Source: Patescibacteria group bacterium (GTDB taxonomy: Bacteria; Patescibacteriota; Patescibacteriia; GWA2-46-9). From it: a stretch of DNA of 64,000 bases. The translations under genes were made by a program, and so were the position numbers. The stretch lies in assembly GCA_041675205.1 (NCBI GenBank), contig JBAYUF010000002.1, forward strand, positions 68,568 to 132,567. The letters run 5' to 3'. This document shows, in pieces, positions 20,272 to 30,050 of this stretch (its first letter is position 1; each line of letters opens with the position of its first letter). The notes under the pieces are model-generated. The model ran no database searches. It saw only the letters and a list, made by a program, of their open reading frames with translations, and was not told where the DNA came from.

Positions 20272-21576
20272 CTACTTGATGCCCATCTCCTTTGCTAGGC
20301 GATGGGCAACTTCGTTGCTCCACACGGCCATGGGCTGGCCGGTGGTTCGGTCGCGAACGTCGGCGAGCAGTGCGTGGCAGGTATTGCCACTACCGGGCAG
20401 TTCGGCCACCTGATTGCCCCCGTACCAGTTAGGGACGTTGAAGTGCCACGGCTCACCGAGATCGGTGTTGAGGCTGAAGTAGCTGCAGCCCACGCTACGC
20501 ATAGCGTGGAACAGCAGTCGCCGTTCCTCTTGCGCCTCAGTAAACACACCATCGTTCACCGTGGTGATGCCGAGATGGCGCAGGTATGTACGCAGGATGG
20601 GGTCCTGCGCAACTTCCTCGGCATAGACGGCGGTGTTGATGCCATCCATGTCGAAGTAGTTGATGACCGCCGGCGAGACAGCGACATCGGGTCGCGGGAC
20701 GTAGTCGAACGGTACGCCCAGGTTGACGTATTTCCCGGTCGTCGTGTTCCGCATCCAGACATCCACGGCTCCACCGTTGCCGTGCGCGGTAATAGCACTT
20801 TCCTCGATCTTGAGCGAACCTTCTCCCATATTCGCCTTGAAGGTGAGGAAGAGCTCGGTGGCCTTATAGACGGTGATGTCGAGAGAGACAGCCGCCTTGG
20901 CGAGTTCTTCACCTTGGCCGCTCTGCACCAGTCTGCTGATTGCCTCGATGAGGGCGTCGTCTTGGCGCAGACCGCAGTACGACCCGACGTCGTCGGCCTT
21001 GAGCCCGACTTCGAGCTCTTCAGCGATTGTCAGATCTTCGGGATTGAGGCCTCGTGACCTGATGATCTGTCCGCGCAGGTAGCGCCAGAGCGCCGCCTGC
21101 ACCCACCAGGGTCGCCAACCATCGACGACCACCAACTGGCGGTTGTGGTCGATGAGCAGCTGGTCTACTTCGAGTAGTGCTCCGAGTACTGGTATTCGTA
21201 CGAAGATCGTGGCAGGCCCACCGAGGCCGCGCCCGTAGTACTCGCACAGGCCGTTGACCTTGCCGACGTTGTAAATCGGCAAGGTGGCGACATCGACAAT
21301 CGGAACCAGCGGATCCGGATTTTCGACGTCGAGAGGTGAGATCGCCACCCCTCGATAACCGGTATCGTCACCATCGAGTCGAAGCTGCCCTGCTTCGCCT
21401 TTGAGCCATGCCACGCGCTGCCGGATGATCGGTTCATTTCTGTATTTCAAGTTCCGTGCTCCTGTTGCTGTTTGCACCTTGCTGGTGCGAGTTTGTGGTT
21501 TCGTAATGCTACATCCGGGCACCGTTGCACCCATCGTAAATGCAGCAGTTGCTTTAAGGAATGTTCTACGCCTCAC
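20272..21576 (-). CDS. Tat-signal secreted LAS/M15-family zinc metallopeptidase (VanX/VanY-like)
   Basis: N-terminus RRRTFLKATAAF is a twin-arginine signal. HGNGGAVD (H-x6-D) and EPWHF (E-x-x-H) match LAS/M15 zinc sites. GTG start. GC is about 60%. Confidence 0.55.
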   Translation of the reverse strand: MRRRTFLKATAAFTMGATVPGCSITKPQTRTSKVQTATGARNLKYRNEPIIRQRVAWLKGEAGQLRLDGDDTGYRGVAISPLDVENPDPLVPIVDVATLPIYNVGKVNGLCEYYGRGLGGPATIFVRIPVLGALLEVDQLLIDHNRQLVVVDGWRPWWVQAALWRYLRGQIIRSRGLNPEDLTIAEELEVGLKADDVGSYCGLRQDDALIEAISRLVQSGQGEELAKAAVSLDITVYKATELFLTFKANMGEGSLKIEESAITAHGNGGAVDVWMRNTTTGKYVNLGVPFDYVPRPDVAVSPAVINYFDMDGINTAVYAEEVAQDPILRTYLRHLGITTVNDGVFTEAQEERRLLFHAMRSVGCSYFSLNTDLGEPWHFNVPNWYGGNQVAELPGSGNTCHALLADVRDRTTGQPMAVWSNEVAHRLAKEMGIK

Positions 21577-21627
21577 TTCTTCTTACCGTACCTCCCTATG
21601 AAATTTTCAATGTCCAAGTAACGAGCG

Positions 21628-21656
21628 AGAATATCATTATTTTTTAAATTTGTCAA
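21628..21656 (-). promoter_or_regulatory. candidate sigma70 promoter for the M15 peptidase gene
   Basis: Minus strand reads TTGACA, 17-nt spacer, TATTCT. Confidence 0.45.
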
Positions 21657-22143
21657 TCATCAACTTTTAAAAGGGAGGCCGCCAGGTTTGAACCAAAGCG
21701 GCCTTGTGAGCAGGGCGAACCTGACTCTAGGTGCCGGAGGTTAATCCGGCTTCATGTTTCAAATTTTTTCCCCAACCGGAGGCTTAGGGGCAAAGCCTGA
21801 CCTGGCTAGGAAGCAGGTCCCTGATGAAGTCAGCATTTTTCTCCGTGCCACGGGGGAAAAAACTGACGTTCACCCGTCCATTCTCATGGACGGACGTGAC
21901 CGACCCTCTTCTGCCGGGGTCGATACCCGGAATCTCAACCGCGAGTACTCTCGCGTTTTGTTGGAGGCCAGCCTCTTCCACCTCACCACCACCATTTCTC
22001 GTTGCCTTCATGTCCGTATCCCTGTACTGCGGAGCTAGGTGTTGTAGGGCAAGCTGCTCCGCCTGCTTGCGACTACGAGGTTGCTCTTATCATATTGGTT
22101 GTCAACCAAAGTGGTCATTGCGACGTGGTCGCAATGTTTAAAA

Positions 22144-22292
22144 AGTCAGTAGTCCCACAGCAGCGGGGCAACAAGAGAGTCAGTAGTCCCACAGCAGCGG
22201 GGCAACAAGAGAGTCAGTAGTCCCACAGCAGCGGGACAACAAGAGAGTCAGTAGTCCCACAGCAGTGGGGCAACAAGAGAGTCAGTAGTCCC
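22144..22292. repeat. 34-bp perfect-to-near-perfect tandem repeat, 4.4 copies
   Basis: Unit AGTCAGTAGTCCCACAGCAGCGGGGCAACAAGAG x4 (two copies carry single substitutions) plus a 13-nt partial copy. No spacers. Preceded by the inverted repeat CATTGCGAC-GTG-GTCGCAATG. Confidence 0.9.
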
Positions 22293-22569
22293 GAAATGTA
22301 TACAACTCTCTAGCTCATTGATATAATATAGGCACTGGACTGGTGTGGTAGCAACATAAGTGGGTGCGTCGCAGGAATTCTTCCCGCCACACATACATCA
22401 ACTGCGACAACGCCGTTGTCACACTACCCATTTCAGATCAGAAGCCCCGCGCCAGAGACCAAAAATCTGGCGCGGGACCAACTTCATAAAACTTTTTATA
22501 TGTGTTGCGGCCCGCCTTCTCTTGCGAAAAGGCGGGCCGCGGTCGAAAAAGAGGATGGGGTACGGATCC

Positions 22570-22980
22570 TCAGCGCTGACAGTGTGCCAGACTGAATTTG
22601 ATCCGTTCGGCGTCCAGATTTGTGAACGTTGCCGTTCCTCGCGTGCTCTTCACCACGACAGGAACGGTGACGAGGTGTCGCGGCCGCCCGAGCCCTTGCT
22701 CATACGCCGCAACCTCCAGATTGCGCCAGTCGATCTCCTGGCCGTTGGTCGGCAGCAGGATCACCGTCAGTTGCGCATCTCTCCTCGAAACGCGAACACC
22801 GCTGTGGCTGCCAGTCTTTGCCACGAATCCGATGTCGCCTTCAAATATAAAGGAACACAGCAGATCGTTCGTGCTACGAACGACCCGGCGTCTCCATTCT
22901 GCTGCAGTCTCCGGCTCAGTTACCGCGGCAGCCATCGGCTTGCGGTCCCGCTTTCCGTCACGAACAGGAATTCCTTTCAA
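22570..22980 (-). CDS. hypothetical protein, TTG start, high GC
   Basis: GGAGGG ribosome-binding site 6 nt before TTG. 136 aa with an RRRVVR motif; no confident family assignment. Confidence 0.4.
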   Translation of the reverse strand: MKGIPVRDGKRDRKPMAAAVTEPETAAEWRRRVVRSTNDLLCSFIFEGDIGFVAKTGSHSGVRVSRRDAQLTVILLPTNGQEIDWRNLEVAAYEQGLGRPRHLVTVPVVVKSTRGTATFTNLDAERIKFSLAHCQR

Positions 22981-23062
22981 GATGTACCCTCCGGTTGTGT
23001 AGTTGACCCACGTTCAGGGTCGGCCAGATTTAACCACGTAGTAGGAATGGCGTCAATTAAAA

Positions 23063-23088
23063 AACACAGCCCCCAATTGGGGGCTGTG
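23063..23088 (-). terminator. rho-independent terminator for efp
   Basis: ACACAGCCCCC-AATT-GGGGGCTGTGT followed on the minus strand by TTTTTTAATT. Confidence 0.8.
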
Positions 23089-23109
23089 TTTTTGTTGTCT
23101 TTTTTACTA

Positions 23110-23679
23110 CTACACCCGTTCTACGTATTCTTCCCGTTCGGTATTCACCCGAATGGTGTCACCTTCTTTGATAAACAAAGGAACATTTAGGGTAGCGCCG
23201 GTTTCTAGCTTCGCGGCTTTCAAAACGTTGCCTTGGGCGGTGTCACCACGGGCACCTGGTTCAGTTTCCAAAACCTTTAACTCAACCTTCTTCGGTAACT
23301 CAATGTTAATGGGTTTGTCGTTGTAGTACAGGACGTCGAGAATCTCGCCGTCTTTCAAAAAACTAATTTTAGTGCCAAGTACCGAAGCCGACAGAGAAAA
23401 TTGCTCAAAGGTATCGCCATCCATGAATTGCAATTGGTCACCCTCTCGGTAGAGGTAGCTCACTTTGCGCCGAACTAAGTCAGCTGTTTCTACTCGGTCG
23501 CCAGGCTTAAAGCTAATTTCCAAAACCTTGCCAGTAATGAGGTGGCGCATCTTCGTTTGCATGACAGGCTTCCGTTGTTGCATACGAACAAAGTTTGCCT
23601 CAAGCACAATGAACGGTTCGCCATCGTAATTAATGACGAGGCCAACCTTGATGTCGTTTAAAGTGGAGATCATCCCCAT
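23110..23679 (-). CDS. efp: elongation factor P
   Basis: 189 aa matching EF-P along its full length (KPGKG-like loop region). Confidence 0.9.
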   Translation of the reverse strand: MGMISTLNDIKVGLVINYDGEPFIVLEANFVRMQQRKPVMQTKMRHLITGKVLEISFKPGDRVETADLVRRKVSYLYREGDQLQFMDGDTFEQFSLSASVLGTKISFLKDGEILDVLYYNDKPINIELPKKVELKVLETEPGARGDTAQGNVLKAAKLETGATLNVPLFIKEGDTIRVNTEREEYVERV

Positions 23680-23688
23680 ACTGCCTGA

Positions 23689-23934
23689 CTACTGTTGGTT
23701 CACAAACGGTAGCAACGCCATTACTCTTGCCCGCTTTATAGCAGTGGCGAGCTTTCGTTGATGCGTGGCGCAGACACCACTCTTTCGCCGAGGAACGATT
23801 TTTGCGTATGACGATGTGTATCGCTGCAGAATCACGGTTTCTTTGTAGTCGATGTCGTTGATGCCGTTAACGCAGAAGTGACAGTAGCGACTTTTTGGCG
23901 CAATGGCCGAGGTGTGTGAAGTTGGTTTGCTCAT
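23689..23934 (-). CDS. rpsR: ribosomal protein S18
   Basis: CHFC...DIDYKETVILQRY...KRARVMALLPF. Confidence 0.85.
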   Translation of the reverse strand: MSKPTSHTSAIAPKSRYCHFCVNGINDIDYKETVILQRYTSSYAKIVPRRKSGVCATHQRKLATAIKRARVMALLPFVNQQ

Positions 23935-23936
23935 AA

Positions 23937-24386
23937 TTAGAATGGAATGTTTTCAAGTTGAATTTCGTCTTCGATCGGTTCTGGCTGAACGCCTTCATTG
24001 CCGTTACTCTGCGGTGAGTTGCTGGTAGTGGGGCGGAAGGGCATTTCTCCACTAGCTTTGTCGAGCATGATAAAGTTTTCTGCCACAATCTCCGTTCGAT
24101 TCTTTTTTGCGCCGTCTTGCGCCTCCCACTCGCGAGTCTGCAGCCGGCCTTCGATGTAGATTTTGCGGCCCTTGCCAAGGAAACGGCCGGCGATTTCTGC
24201 CAATTTACCCCAGACGACGATGTTGTGATATTCGGTGCGCTCCTGTTTCTCACCGGCTGGCGTTGTCCAGCTCCGATTGGTAGCAACACTAAAGGTCGCG
24301 ACGTTTTGACCTTGTGGTGTTGCTCGTACCTCTGGGTCGCGGGTTAGGTTCCCAATGAGGAGAACCTTATTTAGACTCATTGCCAT
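23937..24386 (-). CDS. ssb: single-stranded DNA-binding protein
   Basis: OB-fold (NKVLLIGNLTRDPE...) and acidic C-terminal tail ...IEDEIQLENIPF. Confidence 0.9.
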   Translation of the reverse strand: MAMSLNKVLLIGNLTRDPEVRATPQGQNVATFSVATNRSWTTPAGEKQERTEYHNIVVWGKLAEIAGRFLGKGRKIYIEGRLQTREWEAQDGAKKNRTEIVAENFIMLDKASGEMPFRPTTSNSPQSNGNEGVQPEPIEDEIQLENIPF

Positions 24387-24406
24387 AAAAGAAATCTAGC
24401 TGTTTT

Positions 24407-24877
24407 TTACGCTAACGGAGCTTCGTCGACAATCCTCGATAATTTTTCATCGAGCTCTTCGGCGCTCATGGCTGGGGTAGCACTCTCAGCGGCCGCTTCT
24501 TCGGCCACGCCAGCGGCGACAGCGCGCTGTTGTCGACGAGCAGCCAATCGGGTGCGTAGTGCTTGCTCTCGCTCAATCGTTGCGGCACTCTTTACCGGTT
24601 TCTCAACAATGAGGTGGCGCAATATGTCTTGCGTCAAGCGGAATGTTTCGTTCAACTTCGCCACGGCACTTGGTTCGGCACTGAACTCAACCAATCGATA
24701 ATACGCGTAGCGCTCGTGCTTAATAGGGTACGCCAAGCGACGTTTTTCGAGATTGACCTCGTGCGAAACTTCACAGCCGTTTACTTGCAGCTGTTCTGTT
24801 ACTTTTGCGATGACTGGAGGAACACCATCGTCGCCAGTGCTGCCGGCGACCATGTAGAGCAGTTCGTATCGTTTCAT
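24407..24877 (-). CDS. rpsF: ribosomal protein S6 with C-terminal extension
   Basis: MKRYELLYMV... core S6 sequence. rpsF-ssb-rpsR gene order. Confidence 0.85.
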   Translation of the reverse strand: MKRYELLYMVAGSTGDDGVPPVIAKVTEQLQVNGCEVSHEVNLEKRRLAYPIKHERYAYYRLVEFSAEPSAVAKLNETFRLTQDILRHLIVEKPVKSAATIEREQALRTRLAARRQQRAVAAGVAEEAAAESATPAMSAEELDEKLSRIVDEAPLA

Positions 24878-25085
24878 TCTATTGGGTTAAAAAAAATAAG
24901 AGCGGCCCGTATGGCACCGCCCTCGCCACCACATTGGTGCGAAGTGCTTTGCCGGTTCCCAGGCCCTGTGCGTGGGATGTCTCGGACGAGTCGCCGAGAC
25001 ACAAAAGGCATATAATTTATACTTGCCCACCCTATCACGCTTGTACCTGGTGCGCAAGTATAGAGAACATGTAATACTAGGCCGT

Positions 25086-26303
25086 ATGGCTAAATATGTC
25101 GTTATTTTTGGGCGCGAACCGGCGCTCGCTTTCGCTGAGTTGACTCGGCTTTTTGCCCGTGGCGACGCCACTACCGGCACGGCACAGTTGCTCGGTTCAG
25201 TTGCGGTTGTCTCGGGACTAGAGGCAAGTGCGGCGGTTCGTTTACCAGAACTATTGGGCGGAACGGTAAAAGTTGCGGAAGTACTAGGGCAGATTACGAA
25301 CATCCCCAAAGCTCATGACGTCAGCCCCTGGCTAGACATTTTACTACCACAGGTAACACGCTTGCGACCTGCAACCTTCGGCATTAGCTACTACACAGCG
25401 ACAGGCCAAGCGCCAGGTGCTCAGGCAGTAGAAAAAATTGGCTTGTCGATAAAACGGCATTTAAAAACGCTCGGCGTTTCAGGTGTGCGCTGGGTCAATG
25501 GTCGTGGTCAGCCACTAACCTCCGTGCAAGTTACGGGAAACAAGTTAACGCAAGATAAAAACGCGGAGTTTATCGTTGTCATTGGTGATGAAGTTGCTTA
25601 CATCGCTCGCACGGTAGCCGTTCAACCTTATGAAGCATGGGGTAAGCGAGACTATGGTCGACCACGACGGAACGCTCGGGCCGGCATGCTACCACCAAAG
25701 TTAGCCCGGGCAATGGTTAATCTGCTGGGTATGCCTATGCGCGGCACACTCCTTGATCCGTTTTGCGGTTCGGGAACTGTTCTCATGGAAGCGCTACTGG
25801 CTGGTTGGCAAAATGTTGTAGGAACTGATATCGCCAAATTGGCAGTGACTGACAGCGCGGCCAATATTGATTGGTTGCGAGAACACACGCCAGTTAGTGG
25901 TGAGGTAAAACTTTTTACAATACCCGTACCAGACCTAGCGACCGTTGTCCCTTCGGAGAGCGTGCAGGGAATCGTTACTGAAGTTGCCTTGGGCCCACCG
26001 TGCGCCGCACGGCCAAATGAAAAAAGCGTTGCGGCTATGAAAGAACCCTTGCTGCCGCTGTATAGTAAAGCGCTCGAATCGTTTGCTGCAGTTTTAATTC
26101 CTGGTGGTCGAGCAGTCATCGCCTTCCCGGTGTGGGAAACAGACGAGGGCAGTGCAATTGGTGTCATTGCTGATTTAGTACTTGATATGGCTATGTTCCG
26201 AGTAATCCCGTTTCCTGATGGCGCGCAAACAAGCATTTATCGTAGACCCGGGCAGGCAGTTGGCCGTGAAATCATTGTTCTCGAGAAGCCCGTAAACAAT
26301 TGA
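25086..26303 (+). CDS. SAM-dependent RNA methyltransferase (UPF0020/THUMP-type)
   Basis: LLDPFCGSGTVLMEA. Start taken at MAKYVV. Confidence 0.55.
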   Translation: MAKYVVIFGREPALAFAELTRLFARGDATTGTAQLLGSVAVVSGLEASAAVRLPELLGGTVKVAEVLGQITNIPKAHDVSPWLDILLPQVTRLRPATFGISYYTATGQAPGAQAVEKIGLSIKRHLKTLGVSGVRWVNGRGQPLTSVQVTGNKLTQDKNAEFIVVIGDEVAYIARTVAVQPYEAWGKRDYGRPRRNARAGMLPPKLARAMVNLLGMPMRGTLLDPFCGSGTVLMEALLAGWQNVVGTDIAKLAVTDSAANIDWLREHTPVSGEVKLFTIPVPDLATVVPSESVQGIVTEVALGPPCAARPNEKSVAAMKEPLLPLYSKALESFAAVLIPGGRAVIAFPVWETDEGSAIGVIADLVLDMAMFRVIPFPDGAQTSIYRRPGQAVGREIIVLEKPVNN

Positions 26304-26372
26304 GAGCACGGTAGTTTCCTGCTATTCTTAAGGAGTGACGGAACAAACCAAAATAGGAAAGGAGGTGAGGAT

Positions 26373-26615
26373 ATGAAAAATCTTCACATGTTAACTTTCC
26401 TTCTTCTCGTTGTTGGCGGCCTTAACTGGCTTTTGCAGGGTCTTTTTGGTTGGGAAATTGGTTCACTCTTTGGTGGTATGGATATGGTTATTTCAAGAGT
26501 GATTTACATCTTGGTTGGTTTGTCTGCTATTTACGAAATAGGTACCCATAAGTCGACTTGCAAGATGTGTGGTATGAAAACCCCATCAGGAATGCCCACC
26601 GGTTCAATGTCGTAA
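26373..26615 (+). CDS. DUF378-family small membrane protein
   Basis: LLVVGGLNWLLQG...ISRVIYILVGLSAIYE. AGGAGGTGAGG ribosome-binding site. Confidence 0.55.
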   Translation: MKNLHMLTFLLLVVGGLNWLLQGLFGWEIGSLFGGMDMVISRVIYILVGLSAIYEIGTHKSTCKMCGMKTPSGMPTGSMS

Positions 26616-26663
26616 TACGGTTTTTGCATATTCCCCTAAGATAAAAAAGGGGAGTATGCTGGT

Positions 26664-26693
26664 ATGTTTCCATGTACTAGTACATGGAAACAT
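26664..26693. promoter_or_regulatory. perfect 30-bp palindrome carrying the TGTACTAGTACA (TrpR-operator-like) core
   Basis: ATGTTTCCATGTACTAGTACATGGAAACAT. Lies between the convergent DUF378 and ychF genes. Confidence 0.5.
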
Positions 26694-26715
26694 AGTATGT
26701 AACAACTGTTTGGTG

Positions 26716-27771
26716 CTAGGTGCTGAAACGAAAGTGGCAGACATCACCATCAGCCAGGGTATATGTTTTTCCTTCGAGCCGGAGTAGCCCCAGTTCCTTT
26801 GCTCGTACTTCGCCACCTGTTTTAACCAATTCTTGCCACGGAATAACTTCAGCAGCAATGAAGCCGTGTTCGAAATCGGTATGAATAACACCAGCCGCTT
26901 GTGGTGCCTTGGTGCCTTCGTGAATCGTCCACGCTCGAGTTTCTGTGGGGCCGCTCGTGAAGAACGTAATCAAGTGTAGTAATTCATAGGCTCCGGAAAT
27001 AAGCCGATCAAGACCGGAGCGCTCTAAGCCGAGGTCAGTGAGATACGCCTTGGCTTCGTCGGGTGCTAGTTCGGCTAGCTCAGATTCAATTTTTGCAGAA
27101 ATACGTATTGCGCCATTCGTCCCTATGCTGGCGGCATTTTCTTCGCTGACATTCTCGACAATTAAAAGTGGTTTTCGGGTGAGTAAATTTATAGACTGCA
27201 AAATCACAGCTTCATCTTCGGTTGTTTCAACGTCACGTACATGGTTAACAGTATTCAGTGCTTCGGCTAATCGACGGCAGAGGGCAAGTTCGGTGGCTGC
27301 ACGTGCATCCCCACTGTTCGCTCGACCCTCGGTGGCGGCGATGCGACGCGTGACCGTATCGAGGTCTGCCATGGCGAGCTCCAGCCCGATAGTAATTCGA
27401 TCACGTTCAGGATCTGGTGTGCCGTCAACGTGAATGATGTTTGGGTCAACAAAATCTCGAACCACTTCTACTATAGCGTCCACTTCACGAATGTGTGCCA
27501 AGAATTTATTACCGAGGCCCTCGCCTTTGTGCGCGCCAGCCACTAGCCCCGCAATATCAACAAATTCAATCGCCGTTGGAATAATTTTTACCGATTTTGA
27601 AACAACAGCCAGGGCTTCAAGTCGCTCATCGGGCACAGCCACCACGCCCACGTTCGGCTCAATGGTGGCAAAGGGATAATTTTCAATAACGACCTGTTTT
27701 TTTGTAAGCGCCTTAAAGAGCGTCGATTTCCCGACGTTTGGTAGACCAACGATGCCAACTTGAAGTGCCAT
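26716..27771 (-). CDS. ychF: ribosome-binding ATPase YchF
   Basis: [14 protein letters not shown]. Start taken at MALQVGIV. Confidence 0.9.
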   Translation of the reverse strand: MALQVGIVGLPNVGKSTLFKALTKKQVVIENYPFATIEPNVGVVAVPDERLEALAVVSKSVKIIPTAIEFVDIAGLVAGAHKGEGLGNKFLAHIREVDAIVEVVRDFVDPNIIHVDGTPDPERDRITIGLELAMADLDTVTRRIAATEGRANSGDARAATELALCRRLAEALNTVNHVRDVETTEDEAVILQSINLLTRKPLLIVENVSEENAASIGTNGAIRISAKIESELAELAPDEAKAYLTDLGLERSGLDRLISGAYELLHLITFFTSGPTETRAWTIHEGTKAPQAAGVIHTDFEHGFIAAEVIPWQELVKTGGEVRAKELGLLRLEGKTYTLADGDVCHFRFST

Positions 27772-27860
27772 AGAATAGGTAGTGTTGCGCACTATACCCG
27801 GTTTCGTGTAGATTTGCCAGCAAGCTTGGGTACATTCAAAGATACTCATGAGGAGGAATC

Positions 27861-28793
27861 GTGAAGAAAGCAAGAGTTACGGTTGGTTTCTCGTGTGCTC
27901 TCGAGGTCGTTTGCCGCGGCATCGAGACTGGCGCCGCGGGCAGCAAATTGAACGGTGTCATTGAGCTCGAGCTTGGTGGTACTTCATTCAACGTTGCGGT
28001 CGCCTTGAGTCAGGCTGGTTTTTCACCACACTTGGTGGCGACCATTGGCGGACACGACGAGTTCGCGCCTATCGTGCGGCAGAAGCTGAAGGCGACAGGC
28101 ATCGAAGCAAGTTTGTTTCCGGTTCGTAAACGGACACCGGTTTCACTCCTGCTTCCAGAGAAGAAGTGGCTCCTGACCGATCGTCGTGGCATGGACCGGC
28201 CGTTACGAGCAGCAGAACTTGAGGAGCTTCATCGGCATGCGGCCCCGACCCGTGTCGTGACCGGACTGCTGCCTGATGCAGATGAGGTCAAAATCGCACG
28301 AGCATTATTCCGGCATCAAACGCCGGATCGTCGGCTCAACATTCTCAACCCGCGTGCGTCGCTCGTTGTCAGTGACCTCTTCGACCTCTTGTTGCCGCAG
28401 ATCAACTGGCTGGTGTTGAACAGGGAGGAATCCGAATTCTTCTTCGGGCTCGGCAGTCGAGTGGATCAGTTCTTGCACCGCCACAATACGGTGCTCGTGG
28501 TGACGAGAGATACGGAGGGGGCACAAGTACTCACGGGCGGCGCTCGATATCGAATTCCGGCGTATCCGGACATTGCGGTGGTGCAGGAGACGGGCGCCGG
28601 TGACTGCTTCCTCGGCTACTTTCTCGCTTCCTACCTGCAGAAGATGCCCTGGCAGATGTGTCTGAAGCGAGCCGTGGTAGCAGCGGGACTCAAGGTAAGC
28701 AGGCCGGGTTCGGCGTCAGCGCCAGAACGACATGAGGTCGATGTTTGTGTGGCTGGTTGGCACGAGGAGGTCGCCGTCGACTCAGTCACCTGA
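27861..28793 (+). CDS. PfkB-family carbohydrate/nucleoside kinase
   Basis: C-terminal GAGDCFLGYF motif. Confidence 0.65.
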   Translation: MKKARVTVGFSCALEVVCRGIETGAAGSKLNGVIELELGGTSFNVAVALSQAGFSPHLVATIGGHDEFAPIVRQKLKATGIEASLFPVRKRTPVSLLLPEKKWLLTDRRGMDRPLRAAELEELHRHAAPTRVVTGLLPDADEVKIARALFRHQTPDRRLNILNPRASLVVSDLFDLLLPQINWLVLNREESEFFFGLGSRVDQFLHRHNTVLVVTRDTEGAQVLTGGARYRIPAYPDIAVVQETGAGDCFLGYFLASYLQKMPWQMCLKRAVVAAGLKVSRPGSASAPERHEVDVCVAGWHEEVAVDSVT

Positions 28794-28864
28794 AGAAAAT
28801 TTAAAGAGGAGGGAAGCAATGCGGGGGACAAACTTGTCCCCCGCGCTTCACATTTCTCTTAATA

Positions 28865-29401
28865 TTGTTCAGACTGAGGATTATGCAAACAAATGTGCCC
28901 CACATTATTCTTGATATTGAAACCACGGGTTTCCGGTGGGATGGCGGCGATGAAATCGTTGAGCTCGCTGGCGAGCGATTAGTGGGCGGTGTTGTCGTCG
29001 ACACATTTCATTCGTACATGACGCCGTTTCGTCCTGTGCCGCTTGACGCCAGTAGAATTCACGGCCTCACGACCGATTTTTTGCGCGAACAAGGGGTGCC
29101 TCCACGAGTTGCACTGCAACAGTTTGCTGACTTCATTGGAAACGGTATTTGGGTGGGGCATAATGTGCGTCGGTTTGATTATCCGTTTGTGGCCTATGCC
29201 TTTGAAGAATACGGCGTTACCTATGCGAAACATCCTACAATTGTCGACACACTAGAACTTGCTCGGCAACATTTAAAACTCCCAAATTACCGGCTGGGGT
29301 CGGTCGCAATGCATTTCGGCATTAATAGCGATGGTGCTCACCGGGCAGGTCGAGATGTTGAGATAACGAGGGAGGTCTTTTTAAAACTAAGCCTTCATTG
29401 A
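28865..29401 (+). CDS. DnaQ-like 3'-5' exonuclease (DEDDh)
   Basis: ILDIETTGF ... HNVRRFDYPF ... HRAGRD. Confidence 0.7.
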   Translation: MFRLRIMQTNVPHIILDIETTGFRWDGGDEIVELAGERLVGGVVVDTFHSYMTPFRPVPLDASRIHGLTTDFLREQGVPPRVALQQFADFIGNGIWVGHNVRRFDYPFVAYAFEEYGVTYAKHPTIVDTLELARQHLKLPNYRLGSVAMHFGINSDGAHRAGRDVEITREVFLKLSLH

Positions 29402-29467
29402 CAGCTATTGTTCTCGCGCTTAGGCTGTGAGCGAGCTCCAAGACTACAGAGTTCAAGGAGGTATCGA

Positions 29468-30001
29468 ATGCACAATGAGGATCTTGCGTTACCCGACCCG
29501 GTTCTACCGGTACAATTTTTCAGCCGCAGCGCCCTAAAGGAGTTACCTTCGGGCGAGCACCGTTTATTCATTGCGGTGCTGAGAGATGCAATTCAGTGCG
29601 TCCAGAAGCATGCCTACGCCCGGGATCGAAAGCGGCAGGGGCTGTACCAGGATGCATACGGCTGGCTGCTGTCGGACGACTCGGCATGGCCCCTCAGCTT
29701 CGTGAATGTATGCGATGTTTTGCAAATGAATCCGGACTACATCCGGAAGGGTTTGCGGAACTGGACATCTCGTGGCGGGACGAAACGGAAGGAGGCGCAT
29801 TCTGTCGCAGCGACACAACCAAGGGCTGTTGACCCGGCAAGGTGCGATCGCTGTCAGCGGCGGTCAAAACCCCCCAGGGGCGGTCGGCTCTGCCTTTCCT
29901 GCCAGTCGAGTTACTACTCGTACCAGCAGAAACACGGGAAGATGCCCGTAGGTGAATTCATCAGAAATCTCGCCTATCGAGCGCGTCGGCAGCAGGATTG
30001 A
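29468..30001 (+). CDS. hypothetical protein with C-terminal CxxC...CxxC zinc ribbon, high GC
   Basis: CDRCQRR...CLSCQ. Start taken at MHNEDL, 7 nt after an AAGGAGG site. Confidence 0.4.
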   Translation: MHNEDLALPDPVLPVQFFSRSALKELPSGEHRLFIAVLRDAIQCVQKHAYARDRKRQGLYQDAYGWLLSDDSAWPLSFVNVCDVLQMNPDYIRKGLRNWTSRGGTKRKEAHSVAATQPRAVDPARCDRCQRRSKPPRGGRLCLSCQSSYYSYQQKHGKMPVGEFIRNLAYRARRQQD

Positions 30002-30017
30002 CGAGCGAGAAGCAGCA

Positions 30018-30050
30018 GCCCGCCGCGAGAAAACAAATCTCGCGGCGGGC
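30018..30050 (+). terminator. 13-bp perfect hairpin after the Cys-rich gene (no U-tract)
   Basis: GCCCGCCGCGAGA-AAACAAA-TCTCGCGGCGGGC. Confidence 0.4.

Noticed and set aside
21640-21760. tRNA or tmRNA-like T-arm sequences (GGTTTGAACC, CCGGGGTCGATACCCGG)
   Set aside because: No complete cloverleaf or acceptor/CCA arrangement could be built.
22144-22292. Possible CRISPR array
   Set aside because: The units are contiguous with no spacers and there are no cas genes; it is a plain tandem repeat.
26664-26693. 30-bp palindrome as a simple bidirectional terminator
   Set aside because: No U-tract on either side. The shared 12-mer with the trpR operators argues for a protein-binding or repeat-element role.
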